Shown here in pieces: positions 52,441 to 64,000 of a stretch of DNA of 64,000 nt. The notes under the pieces are model-generated. The model had not been told where the DNA came from. It was given only the letters and a program-made list of their open reading frames with translations, and ran no database searches. Numbering within the stretch: position 1 is the stretch's first letter; every line of letters begins with the position of its first letter. The position numbers and the translations under genes are program-made. Origin of the DNA: Octopus vulgaris (Eukaryota); the NCBI GenBank assembly GCA_951406725.2, contig OX597824.1, positions 87,358,001 to 87,422,000 of the forward strand, read 5' to 3'.

Positions 52441-53141
52441 CACACATATGTACGATGGGCTTCTTTCAATTTCCATCTACCAAATCCACTCACAAGGCCT
52501 TGGTCAGCCCGAGGCTATAGTAGGAGACACTTGCCCAAGGTGCCATGCAGTGGGACTGAACCCGGAACCATGTGGTTGATAAGCAAGCTACTTACCACAC
52601 AGCCACTCCTGCACCTGTTTATTCTATATTTTTTTCCTTAAGTTTGGTGCTATTCTATTGGTCTCTTTTGCCAAATCACTAAGTTACAGGGACATAAACA
52701 AACCAACACCAGTTGTCAAATTGTGTAGGCACAAACACACACACATACATACATACATCTGCATGTGTGTGTGTGTGAAGGTTTATGGCTCAGTGGTTAG
52801 AGCATTGGTCTTACAATCATGAGGATGTGAGTTCAACTCTCAGGCTGGGCTGTGTGTTGTGTTCTTGAGCAAGACACTCTATTTCATGTTTCAGTTCCCT
52901 CAGCTGTAGAAATAAATGATCTGAGACATTACTGGTGCCAAGCTGTATCGACCCCTTTGCCTTTCCCTTGGACAACATCAGTGGTGTGGAGAGGGGCGGC
53001 TGGTAGGCGTGAATGACTGCTGGTCTTCCATAAACAGACATTCCCAGACTTGTGCCTCAGAGGGGAACTTTCTAGGTGCAATCCCATGGTCATTCGTGAC
53101 TGAAGGGGGCCTTTCCCCTATGTGGTTTGTGTGTGTGTGTG

Positions 53142-53181
<40 letters not shown>

Positions 53182-53355
53182 TCCCCAACCATCACTTGAT
53201 GACCAGTGTTGGGGATTTTACATACCTGTAATTAAGCAGTTCAGCAAAAGGGGTCAGATAGAATCATTTACCAGTACTGGGTCAAATCATTCGGATAAAA
53301 TTCTACAAGGTAGTGCTCCAGCATGGCCACAGTCCAAAAACTGAAACAAGTAAAA
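50695..53355. mobile_element. Dense cluster of B SINE copies and fragments in both orientations, one RTE 3' fragment (50928-51125, +) and one F SINE (52777-53110, +)
   Basis: B copies at about 50695(-), 51135-51540(+), 51680-51850(-), 52187-52615(-), 52640(-) and 53130-53355(+). Confidence 0.8.
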
Positions 53356-54818
53356 AGATAAAGATATATGTGTGTGTGCATACATGCACATGCGCAACTG
53401 CATATGTGCACAGATGTCGGTACATGCATGTGTGTGTTCAGGCATGCGTTATGCATCATCATCATCATCCTCATCATCATTTTAACATCCGCTTTTCCAT
53501 GTTTACGTTAGTCTTGCAAATTCCATTTAGGCAGACTTCCTGGGCCCCAATGCCCCACCTGTCTCTAACCCTCACCTGTTTACAGGTAAATTGATATATT
53601 GTTTTTTTGTCTCGTCCTTCAAACATGAACCGATATAATTTCACAGAAGATTGCAAATTAATGACTCTGATTGTATGACAGTAACCTTCGTTAGTAACGA
53701 ACATGTTGATATCAAGACGAAGAGACACGAAACCATACGCGTATTGGATACATAGATACACACATACATACATATGCTTACACAAACACACATACACGTA
53801 CATACATATATACAGACACACATACATACATATACATATATATTTATGCACAAACTTACATAGACATGCTTACACATACATACATATGCTTACACAAACA
53901 CACATACACAAACATACATATATACAGACACACATACATACACATACATACATATACATGCATATATATTCATGCACAAACTTACATAGATATGAATACA
54001 CATACATACATATGCTTACACAAACATACATACATACACATACATATACATGCATTTACATGAATATATATACATGCACAAACTTACATACATATGCATA
54101 CACATACATGCATATGCGTACATACACTTATAGATGCGAGCGAGCAAACATACACTCATACATACATACATATTTCATCATCATCATCATAATCATCATC
54201 GTCGTTGTCGTCATCATCAACATCAACATTATGCCCACCATCCTCATCATCATCATCATCATCATCATGATAAAACTCATCATCATCATCATAATCATCA
54301 TCATCGTCATCATCAACATTACGCCCACCATCCTCATCATCATCATCATAATCATCATCATCATCATGATAAAACTCATCATCATCATCATAATCATCAT
54401 CATCGTCATCATCAACATTACGCCCACCATCCTCATCATCATCATCATAATCATCATCATCGTCGTCATCATCAACATCAACATTACGCCCACCATCCTC
54501 ATCATCATCATCATCATCATCATGATAAAACTCATCATCATCATCATTGTCATCATTGACATCATTGTTGTCGTCATTATCCTCATAGTCGTCATTGGCT
54601 CTTCCCTTCGATTAATATTTTAATTTAAAGGATGAGAGCTGCACCCATCCAGTGTTACAGACCTTTCCATCCTGTTACAGGGTACACAAAGAAATTCTGA
54701 GTACAAATCTTGGTTGCAGATTCAGTGTGTATCATCCCCAGTCTTTTGAATATGATTTTTGTGTTTGAGACTGAAAAATATTTGAAGAAGATTTGATAGT
54801 TCACATCGAGCCACACCA

Positions 54819-55045
54819 TTAACCCTTTAGCATTCAAACAGGCCATATCCGGCCAAATATTTGATCTATTTTATGTTCAAGCAGGCCAGATCCCACCTCT
54901 CACACTTACCCTACAGTGTCATTCTAAACATAGACAATCACATCATCAAAATCACGAAGCTATGAGATGATGCAGAATTAATTTGAAATAATGTGGATAA
55001 ATAAGCATTACATTTGATGAATTAATATGAATGCTAAAGGGTTAA
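54819..55045. mobile_element. piggyBac-like MITE family H, complete
   Basis: TTAA-CCCTTTAGCATTCA...TGAATGCTAAAGGG-TTAA, with perfect 14-bp TIRs. Confidence 0.9.
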
Positions 55046-55102
55046 ACACACATCATATGAAATGTTAAAGAAATATGGGATCGATATTTTGAAGATAAAC
55101 AG

Positions 55103-55657
55103 ACGTAGGAGTGGCTGTGTGGTAAGTAGCTTGCTTACCAACCACATGGTTCCGGGTTCAGTCCCACTGCGTGGCAAATTGGGCAAGTGTCTTCTACTAT
55201 AGCCTCGGGCCGACCAACACTTTGTGAGTGGATCTGGTAGACGGAAACTGAAAGAAGCCCGTCATATATATGTATATATGTACATATGTGTGTGTGTTTG
55301 TGTGTCTATGTTTGTCCCCCCAACATCGTTTGACAACCGATGCTGGTGTGTTTACGTCCCCGTAACTTAGCAGTTCGGCAAAAGAGATCGATAGAATAAG
55401 TAGTAGGCTTACAAAGAATAAGTCCTGGGGTTGATTTGCTTTTTACGTAGATATGTTTGTGTGTCTGTGCTTGTTCCCCCACCATTGCTTGAGAACCAAT
55501 GTTGGTGTGTTTACGTTCTCTTAACTTAGCGGTTCGGCAAAGGAGAATGATAGAATAAGTACTAGGCATACAAAGAATAAGTCCTGGAGTCGATCTGCTC
55601 AACTAAAGGCAGTGCTCCAGCATGGCCACAGTCAAATGACTGAAACAAGTAAAAGAG
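55103..55657 (+). mobile_element. SINE family B with an internal duplication of its 3' half
   Basis: The segment TGTTTGTCCCCC...GTCCTGG occurs twice (about 55300-55440 and 55455-55600). Confidence 0.8.
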
Positions 55658-56068
55658 GAAACAGAGCCAAAAAGAGATGCATGTTGACAAGCTGTGCTGA
55701 GAAGTAGATAGAAACATTTCCATCAAGTCTCTTTCTAAGATATTTCCAACCAAAATCATGCCAACACGGGCCATTGTGAGCCTATTAGTTTTTACTGACT
55801 GGATGAAAAGTGTTTGTGAAAGGCTGGTTAATATTCACAGTAATCGTTGCTGGAAGTGATTAACTGTCACTTCAAAACATTGAAAGGCCAACTGAGTTTC
55901 CACAGCATGGGTGGATCAAGTCATTAAACTCTGAAGCATCGTTAACATCATAACTTAGGAAAAAGTTATGATGTCAGTGGAGCTACAATATCTTGCAAAA
56001 AGTGAACAAATGGCTCTGGGTTTTTTTAAAAAGATGTTGACAACCAGTTCGCCCAAAACGGTCACCAC

Positions 56069-56139
<71 letters not shown>

Positions 56140-56819
56140 ACACACACACTCACACACACATATACACACATACAGACACAAATACACACACACGTGCCCA
56201 CACACACACAAATGCACACACATGCACATATGCACACACACACATGCACACACATACATGGAAACATGCACACATACACACACACAGACACAGACACACA
56301 CACAGGCACACACACACACACAAACACACACAAATGCACACACATGCATATATGCACACACACATGCACACATGCACACACATGCATGCAAACATGCACA
56401 CATACACACACACACTCACACACACACAGGCACAGACACACACACACACAGACACATACACAACCACACACAAATGCACACACATGCACATATTCACACA
56501 CACACACATACACACATGCACACATGCACACATGCACACACACACTCACACACACACACACAGGCAGATAAGCACACACTCACCATTCCATTCTTTCCAG
56601 AATATTCACTAAAAGACATCTTTGTAGAATGAGGCATACAATCCTAGCATTAATTATTGAAGGTGGATTTCTTTCATTATCTTATCACAGTCATAATCTC
56701 TCTCTCTCTCTCTCTTTCTCTAAAAAGAACTCACGGGTGGTCCATCCTCTACGTGGTCATTTAGTATGCTAGAAATAGCAGGGATCACATGGGTTTCAAA
56801 AGTAATTTTAGTTTTTCGA

Positions 56820-57163
56820 CATGTAGGAGTGGCTGTGTGGTAAGTAGCTTGCTTACCAACCACATGGTTCCGGGTTCAGTCCCACTGCATGGCACCTTGG
56901 GCATGTGTCTTCTACTATAGCCTCGGGCTGACCAAAGCCTTGTGAGTGGATTTGGTAGACGGAAACTGAAAGAAGCCAGTCATATATATGTATGTGTGTG
57001 TGTTTGTCCCCGCCAACATTGCTTGACAACCGATGCTGATGTGTTTGTGTCTCCCATAACTTAGCAGTTTGGCAAAAGCGACCGATAAAATAAGTACTAG
57101 GCTTACAAAGAATAAGTCCGGGGGTCGATTTGCTCGACTAAAGGCAGTGCTCCAGCCTGGCCA
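56820..57163 (+). mobile_element. SINE family B
   Basis: Colinear with the other B copies. Confidence 0.85.
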
Positions 57164-57180
57164 ATATATATACATACATC

Positions 57181-57212
<32 letters not shown>

Positions 57213-57251
57213 GTATATATATGTGTGTGTGTGTATATATACACATATATA

Positions 57252-57287
<36 letters not shown>

Positions 57288-57288
<1 letters not shown>

Positions 57289-57372
57289 TTTATTTAAAGC
57301 AGCAGAAAATTCTACAAAACCTGTTACTCAGAGTAACAGGTTTTGTAGAATTTTCTGCTGCTTTAAATAAAG
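57288..57372. repeat. Perfect palindrome (42-bp arms, 1-nt centre at 57330) at the end of a Penelope-like remnant
   Basis: The arms are exact reverse complements. Downstream 57375-57440 resembles 25775-25840. Confidence 0.95.
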
Positions 57373-58066
57373 CATATTACTCTACCACTGGTATTTGAGT
57401 ACTCTTTTTTTCCACCTTGTTTCACATTTATGTGTTTACTCCGATATATATATATATATATATGCACACATACACACATACACACACACACACACACACG
57501 TACATATATATACACATATATAATAAGTGAAGAAATGAGTTTCAAAAGTATTACATTTATTCCATGGTATACAATTGTATCAACATTGTGTGGGTGACAA
57601 ACCAAATATCACGTATGAAGACATGGATGCGAATAACGATATGGTCACATCCATTACATAACGCATAGCACTTAATGACCTCCACAATCATTTAATCATA
57701 ACCAAAAGAATGATTATCTATGTTCCTACCGGAGAAATTCTCCATTATACAAATTCAATTAATTGCTGCTTGGGCGAGTGCTGGCCGAGGTAAATGCCTA
57801 GGCTGTCTGTTCCCCCTTCTTACTCGCTGGATATCCCTCCATCCGTCCATCTATGCATCCATATGTATGTACAAATATGCATACATACATACATGTGTGT
57901 ATGTATGTGTGTACGTGTGTCAATTAGATTCAGTCAGCAATCATGGAATCATGGTATCAACCAGTACTCATTCATTGTCCATCCATACTTGAAATGTTTT
58001 CCTCACCAGGTTAAGCAGTCCAAGGAATTACATGAAATGAATGAGTAAATATATATATGCATGTAC

Positions 58067-58520
<454 letters not shown>

Positions 58521-59316
58521 ATATGCATGTTTATATATATATACATATATATACATACATAAATATGTATATATATATACACATATATATACATATATAT
58601 ATACATATATATACACATATATACATAAATATATATATACACATACACCCATATACACACACGCATATATATACACACAAAAATATATACACACAAACAC
58701 ATATATAAGCATATATGCATACACACGTGTGTGTGCGCACATGCACATATGTGCATGTATGTGCGTGTGTGTGTGTTTGTGTGTGTGCGTGTGTTTGTGT
58801 TTTTGTGTGTGTGCATGTGTGTGTGCATGTGTGTGTGTGTGTGAAACTCTAATTAATTCATTTATTTATTCATTTTGGCCTCCCATTCTGCTTTCTAAGT
58901 TTGCGAGTGTAGGGCGAAAAATGTTTATCAAAACTCAAAATCTCCAAATGGGATCTGCTGTCAACTAAGTGTGTATGTGCACGTGTGTGTGTGTGCATGT
59001 GTGTGTGGATACGTGTGTATATGTGTATATGCGCATGTGTGTGTCTGTGTCTGTGTAGGTTGGTGGGGTGTGTGACTGTGGCGTTGATACATAAATCTGC
59101 TTTTAGATTTATCTTTCAAGAAATCTCACCCATTTGCTTTCTCTCCTAAAATGTCTTCAACTAAGACTAGCAACGTACTAATTTTTTTCACTACGGAACT
59201 ACTACAGAATGCTATCACCAAGTTTTAACCATAAAACATCAGCAGTAGTAAATAATTAAATAAATAAATAAATAAATAGATAAATAGATAAATAAATAAA
59301 CGAATGGATAAATAAA

Positions 59317-59663
59317 TATTGGGTTCTCTGGAAAGTTTGTGCCGATTTTTAAAGGAAAGAAAAAGGTCAATAAATACTTGCCATTACATTTTTTAATCAA
59401 CCAAATATGAACCATTTTGTTGCACAATGCGTCTCCATCTTTCCTTTAACTTGAAAATACCCTCTTCCAAGAATTGAGCTGGTTTCATGGCAAAGAATTC
59501 ATCAAGGTATCTTTTTATGTCATCTAAGGAATTGAAATTTTTACCATTAAGACTATTCAGCAGAGACCTGAATTAGTGGAAATCTGAAGGAGCAATATCT
59601 GGTGAATACAGAAGGTGGGGTAAAACATCCCAGCTGAGCTGCAGCAATTTTTGTCTGGTTCCC
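59317..59663 (-). pseudogene. mariner (DD34D) transposase 3' remnant with likely TIR
   Basis: The minus strand translates TRQKLLQLSWDVLPHLLYSPDIAPSDFH*FRSL...EGIFKLKERWRRIVQQNGSYLVD*, with a YSPDLAP-type motif and one internal stop. A TA-TTGGGTT terminus lies at 59317. Confidence 0.9.
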
Positions 59664-60027
59664 AAAATCTATTTATAAGGGCTGGGTCCTACCACTTTTT
59701 ACCTGGAAGGGTATACAGATTCACTATACAAAAATATGTATAGATTTGTGTGTGTATGACTGTGTTTGTCTCCCACCATTGCTCAACAACTGATGCTGGT
59801 GTGTTTATGTCACCGTAACTTAGCAGTTCAGCAAAAGAGACCAATAGAATAAGTTCTAGGCTTAAAAAAAAAATAAGTCCTGTGGTCGATTTCTTCAACT
59901 AACACCATTTAAGGCAGTGCTCTATATAAAATAGTAAATAATTTTTAACAAAATATTCTGACTTCAAGTATTTTTCACAAAAACTTTTAAATATGTATAA
60001 ATGAATGTGTGCATATATGTATGTATG

Positions 60028-60061
<34 letters not shown>

Positions 60062-60704
60062 TGTATGTATGTATGTATGTATGTATGTATGTATGTATGT
60101 ATGTATGTATGTATGTGTGCATGTATGTATGTATGTGCTCATGTATGTATGTATTCGTGTATGCATGTATGTATGTATGTTTATGTGTGTGTGTACGTAC
60201 AGAACACTTTTAATGAAAGAATTTATAACAATGTTTTTTAATACACAAACAAATTTCCATAATTTAGCAACTCAATGTAAAAAAAGATGTGATTTATGAA
60301 AAATCTCTCTACTTAATTAATCAATATACATTGAAAAGAAAATCCATTGAATAATGTAATACTGAAAAGGACTTATTCTTGTTCACATATTTCCATAATG
60401 CTGAAAAACTGATGGCCATTATTGTATGATAATGTGTCCATTATTGAAACACGTGTACAACAGAAATTTAAATAAATCTTTTTCAATATTGTGTGTGTGT
60501 GTGTGTGTATATATATATAGGGAGAATTCACAAAAAAAATCGAAAGACAATGACAGGTGGTGTAGACAACAAATAGATGTATTAGTATAACGCTCAGGAA
60601 GTGAAAAAGTCTTTAACGTTTCGAGCCTATGCTCTTTCACAGAAAGGAACACAGAAAGAAACAAGGAGAGAAAATAAAGAATGTGTAGTGGCTAGCAATC
60701 TCTC

Positions 60705-60756
<52 letters not shown>

Positions 60757-60922
60757 AGTAATAAAGGGTCAAATTAATTAATTAATTAATAATCAATAAT
60801 TTTACCAAGTAGTTCAGTATGTTAAAAGAACCATTATCGGTAAACTTATACATAAAATTTTAATAATTATGAGTATAATTATAATTAGGGTTCAGCAAAA
60901 ACTTGCCTAATTATAATTATAT

Positions 60923-61105
60923 AATTATTCAGTAGCCATGATAAAACTGCGAGTTTCGGATGTCGAGGTGGAAATCCACGTTCCCTTTATTTAACAGTCA
61001 TTTTCATAGCATTTTTTTCAATGGCCGGATAACTGAAGAGATGGCAGCTTGGATTTCCACTCCGACATCTGAGACTCGGAGTTTTATCATGGCTACCGAA
61101 TAATT
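60923..61105. repeat. Fold-back inverted repeat (arms of about 55 bp) of a Penelope-like terminal repeat
   Basis: AATTATTCAGTAGCCATGATAAAACTGCGAGTTTCGGATGTCG...GTGGAAATCCA pairs with TGGATTTCCAC...CGACATCTGAGACTCGGAGTTTTATCATGGCTACCGAATAATT. Confidence 0.85.
61028..61088 (+). ncRNA. Putative type I hammerhead ribozyme, probably inactivated (GAAA to GAGA)
   Basis: Stem I GATAA/TTATC, core CTGAAGA, stem II GATG/CATC, GAGA, stem III ACTC-G-GAGT and triplet GTT. The opposite arm retains CCGAAACTC. Confidence 0.6.
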
Positions 61106-61199
61106 GTCACATATTATATTTACAGATAAATTCCTCTATTTACATAATATCGTGGTCTCTTTCATTCTTTTGATGTCTTACCATTTCTATCAATATATA

Positions 61200-61592
61200 T
61201 CTCTATATATATAAATCTGAAGTTATCTGTGTATGGCAGGTTTGGTAGCCTTCAACTAACACTATCTCCTCCGAGACCCTGCGGCGCAAGTTGACCAAAA
61301 TTGAGAGTATGATAGAAGAAGGCTTGCTCTTCATTCCGTAGCAGAAAAAATTCAAATTGGACCATGTTAACACCAAAAATTATTTACATCAAAAAGGTGC
61401 TTTTTTTCTATGAAAATCCCTATTTTTTACGATTTTTTTGACAGCTGTGTCGTCATTTTTCGGTGTATTTCAACCAGAAAAATGTTCACTTAAAGAGAAT
61501 AACAAGCTACATAATGCAAAATTTTTACTTTTCAAAAATTCCAATTCTAAAGGGTCGAAACAAACCCGAGCAACGCCGGGCAATACTGCTAG
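61200..61592 (+). mobile_element. Non-autonomous Helitron
   Basis: A|TC...TATATATATAAA 5' end, subterminal GC hairpin CCCGAGCAACGCCGGG, CTAG|T 3' end, and no TSD. Confidence 0.8.
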
Positions 61593-61624
<32 letters not shown>

Positions 61625-61643
61625 TGCACACATATATATGCAT

Positions 61644-61678
<35 letters not shown>

Positions 61679-62165
61679 GTGTATATTTATACGAATGCAG
61701 CCAGCCAAGCTGACACGGTACTGCCAGCTTATTGATTTCTTTGTGTTCCATTATTGGCACTGCAATATGTCAAAAATTAAATTTACTTTAACTCAACACC
61801 CGAATTCACTGCAAAGTAATTATCAACGGGGGTGGGGGTGTCTATGTTTTTTTAATATAATAAAAGCTAAAAGATTTTAAAATGTATGTATTTTTTTTTA
61901 AAGAATTTTTTTTTGTAATAGGGGCAGGCATGGCTATGTCATTAAGAAACTCACCATGGGACTTCAAGTTCAGGCCCACTGTATGGCACCTTAGGCTTTT
62001 GTCTTGTACTATAGCCCTGGGCCACTAATAAATTGTGTATGGAGCTGTTAGAATGAAAATGTTGTGTGTGTGTGTGTGAGAGAAAGCACATGGTCCAGTA
62101 GTTCAAATGTTACATTCACAGTCACAAGCTCATGGTTTCAATTCCTAGACTGGCAATGTGTTGTG

Positions 62166-62852
62166 ATCATCATCATCACCGTTTAACGCCTGTTTTCCAT
62201 GCTAGCATGGGTTGGACGGTTCGACTGGGGTCTGGGAAGCCAGAAGGCTGCACTAGGCTCAAGTCTGATCTGGCAGTGTTTCTACAGCTGGATGCCCTTC
62301 TTAATGCCAACCACTCCTTGAATGTAGTGGGTGCTTTTTACGTGCCACTGGCACAGGGGCCAGAGGAGGCTAGCAATGGCCACGATCAGTTGGTACTTTT
62401 TACATACCACCAGCATGGAAGCCAGTCAAAGTGGCACTGGCATCAGCCATACTCGGATGGTGCTTTTCACATGCCACCAGCACGGGTATCACAACTACAA
62501 TTTTCATTTGATTTTTGTTTTGATGTTGATGTACTTGACTCAGTCGGTCTCCTCTAGCACAGCAGGTCACCCCATGATCCAAAGTAAGCACAGCAGGCCG
62601 TTCTGCGATCCAAGGTACTTTGGATGGGCTGGGGCTTCTATGGGACGCTGGTGTAGGATACAGCCATGAACTCACTTTATTTGTCAGGTCTTCGTAGTCA
62701 CAGCATATGCCCAGAGGTCTCGGTCTTTCATCATTGCCTCTGTGAGGCCCATTGTCCAAAGGTCATGTTTGACCACCTCATCCAATGTCTTCCTGGGTCT
62801 ACCTCTACCATGGATTCTTTCATCTGTTTCGGAGTGGCACTTCTTCACACAT
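62166..62852 (-). mobile_element. 5'-truncated RTE-clade LINE (longest family C copy) with ORF C-terminus at 62684-62852
   Basis: The minus strand translates CVKKCHSETDERIHGRGRPRKTLDEVVKHDLWTMGLTEAMMKDRDLWAYAVTTKT*, the RTE-type GRP..W...D...DR..W ending. A 3' UTR and (GAT)n tail follow. Confidence 0.85.
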
Positions 62853-63025
62853 CTCTTCTCATGTGTGTGTGTGTGTGAGAAAGCACATGGCCCAGTAGTA
62901 AGACTGTTGCACTCACAGACACAAGATTAGGGTTGGTTTCAGTTCCTTGACTGGCAATGTGTTGTGATCTTGAGCAAAATACATCATTTCACGTTGCTGC
63001 ATATATATGTGTATGTGTGTGTGTG

Positions 63026-63058
<33 letters not shown>

Positions 63059-63196
63059 ATAAATAGATAGATAGATATATATATAGAGAGAGAGGTGGGG
63101 AAACAGAGAAAGATCGATAGAGAGAGAGAGAGTGAGAGATGGATGGAGGGATAGATAGATAGTTAGATAGATAGATTGAGAGAGAGAGAGAAAGAG

Positions 63197-63235
<39 letters not shown>

Positions 63236-63362
63236 TGAGAGAGAGAGAGAGAAAGAGGATGATAGATAGATAGATAGATAGATAGATGTGTATGTATATG
63301 TATGTTACATAAGCTTAGAAGAAAAACACCCTGAAGCCAGTGTTATTCCTAATGTATATAAC

Positions 63363-63437
<75 letters not shown>

Positions 63438-64000
63438 TTAACATCCGTTTTCTATGCTGGCATAATAAATAAAAATAATAATAACTAGAAAATGGTTCTA
63501 TCCAACCATCATTGTTGAAATTATTGTGATTGGTGGCTGAAAGTCTTCTTGTTTGTTAGTTTGTTTGTTGTTTTTTTTTTTGTCCTTTTTTTTTTTACAT
63601 GTGAAAAGTTTACTGAATGTTAAAACCTCTTTACTTTCCATTATTTATATTTTATATTATCATATTTTTCTCTTTCTACTTTTTTTTTCTTGTTTTTTTT
63701 TGCTTGTAGAAAGAGCCAGAATGGCGAGTAAATACGAGATTGGGTCTTTATCATTTTGCGTGTTTTTTTTTTCCCCAACATTTGTCTCAATATATTGAAT
63801 CAATGCTATCAGAGACTATTTATAGAAAAGTTATCTCCAGACCATAAGTTCCATGCTTGAAAGAATAAGATGTGTCTGTAGATTAATGTAGATATCCTCG
63901 GAATATAGATGAGAAGATAATGTCCAGATGATTAACTTGCGGTCTTTTTTTACTCAGTTGGAAATCAAATATCATTATCCGAATTTATGGCTTATATGGA

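Noticed and set aside
54630-54810. Possible host exon after TTACAG acceptor-like sites
   Set aside because: All three frames close quickly, with no recognisable protein similarity or clear donor site.

Overview
This is repeat-saturated, AT-rich animal genomic DNA (intron or gene desert), not prokaryotic. The tRNA-derived SINE families and very dense microsatellites suggest an octopus or other coleoid cephalopod; that is my pattern recognition, not a database result. I find no intact host gene, rRNA, tRNA gene or CRISPR array, and almost all supplied ORFs are translations of microsatellites or SINEs. The only real coding remnants are from mobile elements: a Tx1/L1 ORF2 C-terminus with a zf-RVT knuckle (23881-24621), two Dong/R4 fragments (45511-46203), an RTE ORF C-terminus (62684-62852) and three Tc1/mariner transposase remnants. 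Also present are four SINE families (my labels A, B, E, F), many RTE 3' fragments (C), two TTAA piggyBac-like MITE families, a pogo-like MITE, a Helitron and Helentron/HINE-like elements. The most interesting signals are: (1) fold-back palindromes in (TA)n tracts, several carrying minimal type I hammerhead ribozyme motifs of the Penelope-like kind, with one palindrome centred exactly on ribozyme stem III; (2) apparent partitioning of microsatellite types among retroelement clades, including a (GATA)n-associated Tx1 whose 3' tail is shared by a self-inserting SINE; (3) MITE- and SINE-derived tandem arrays and about 100-bp flanking duplications. Repeat boundaries were read by eye and are approximate.
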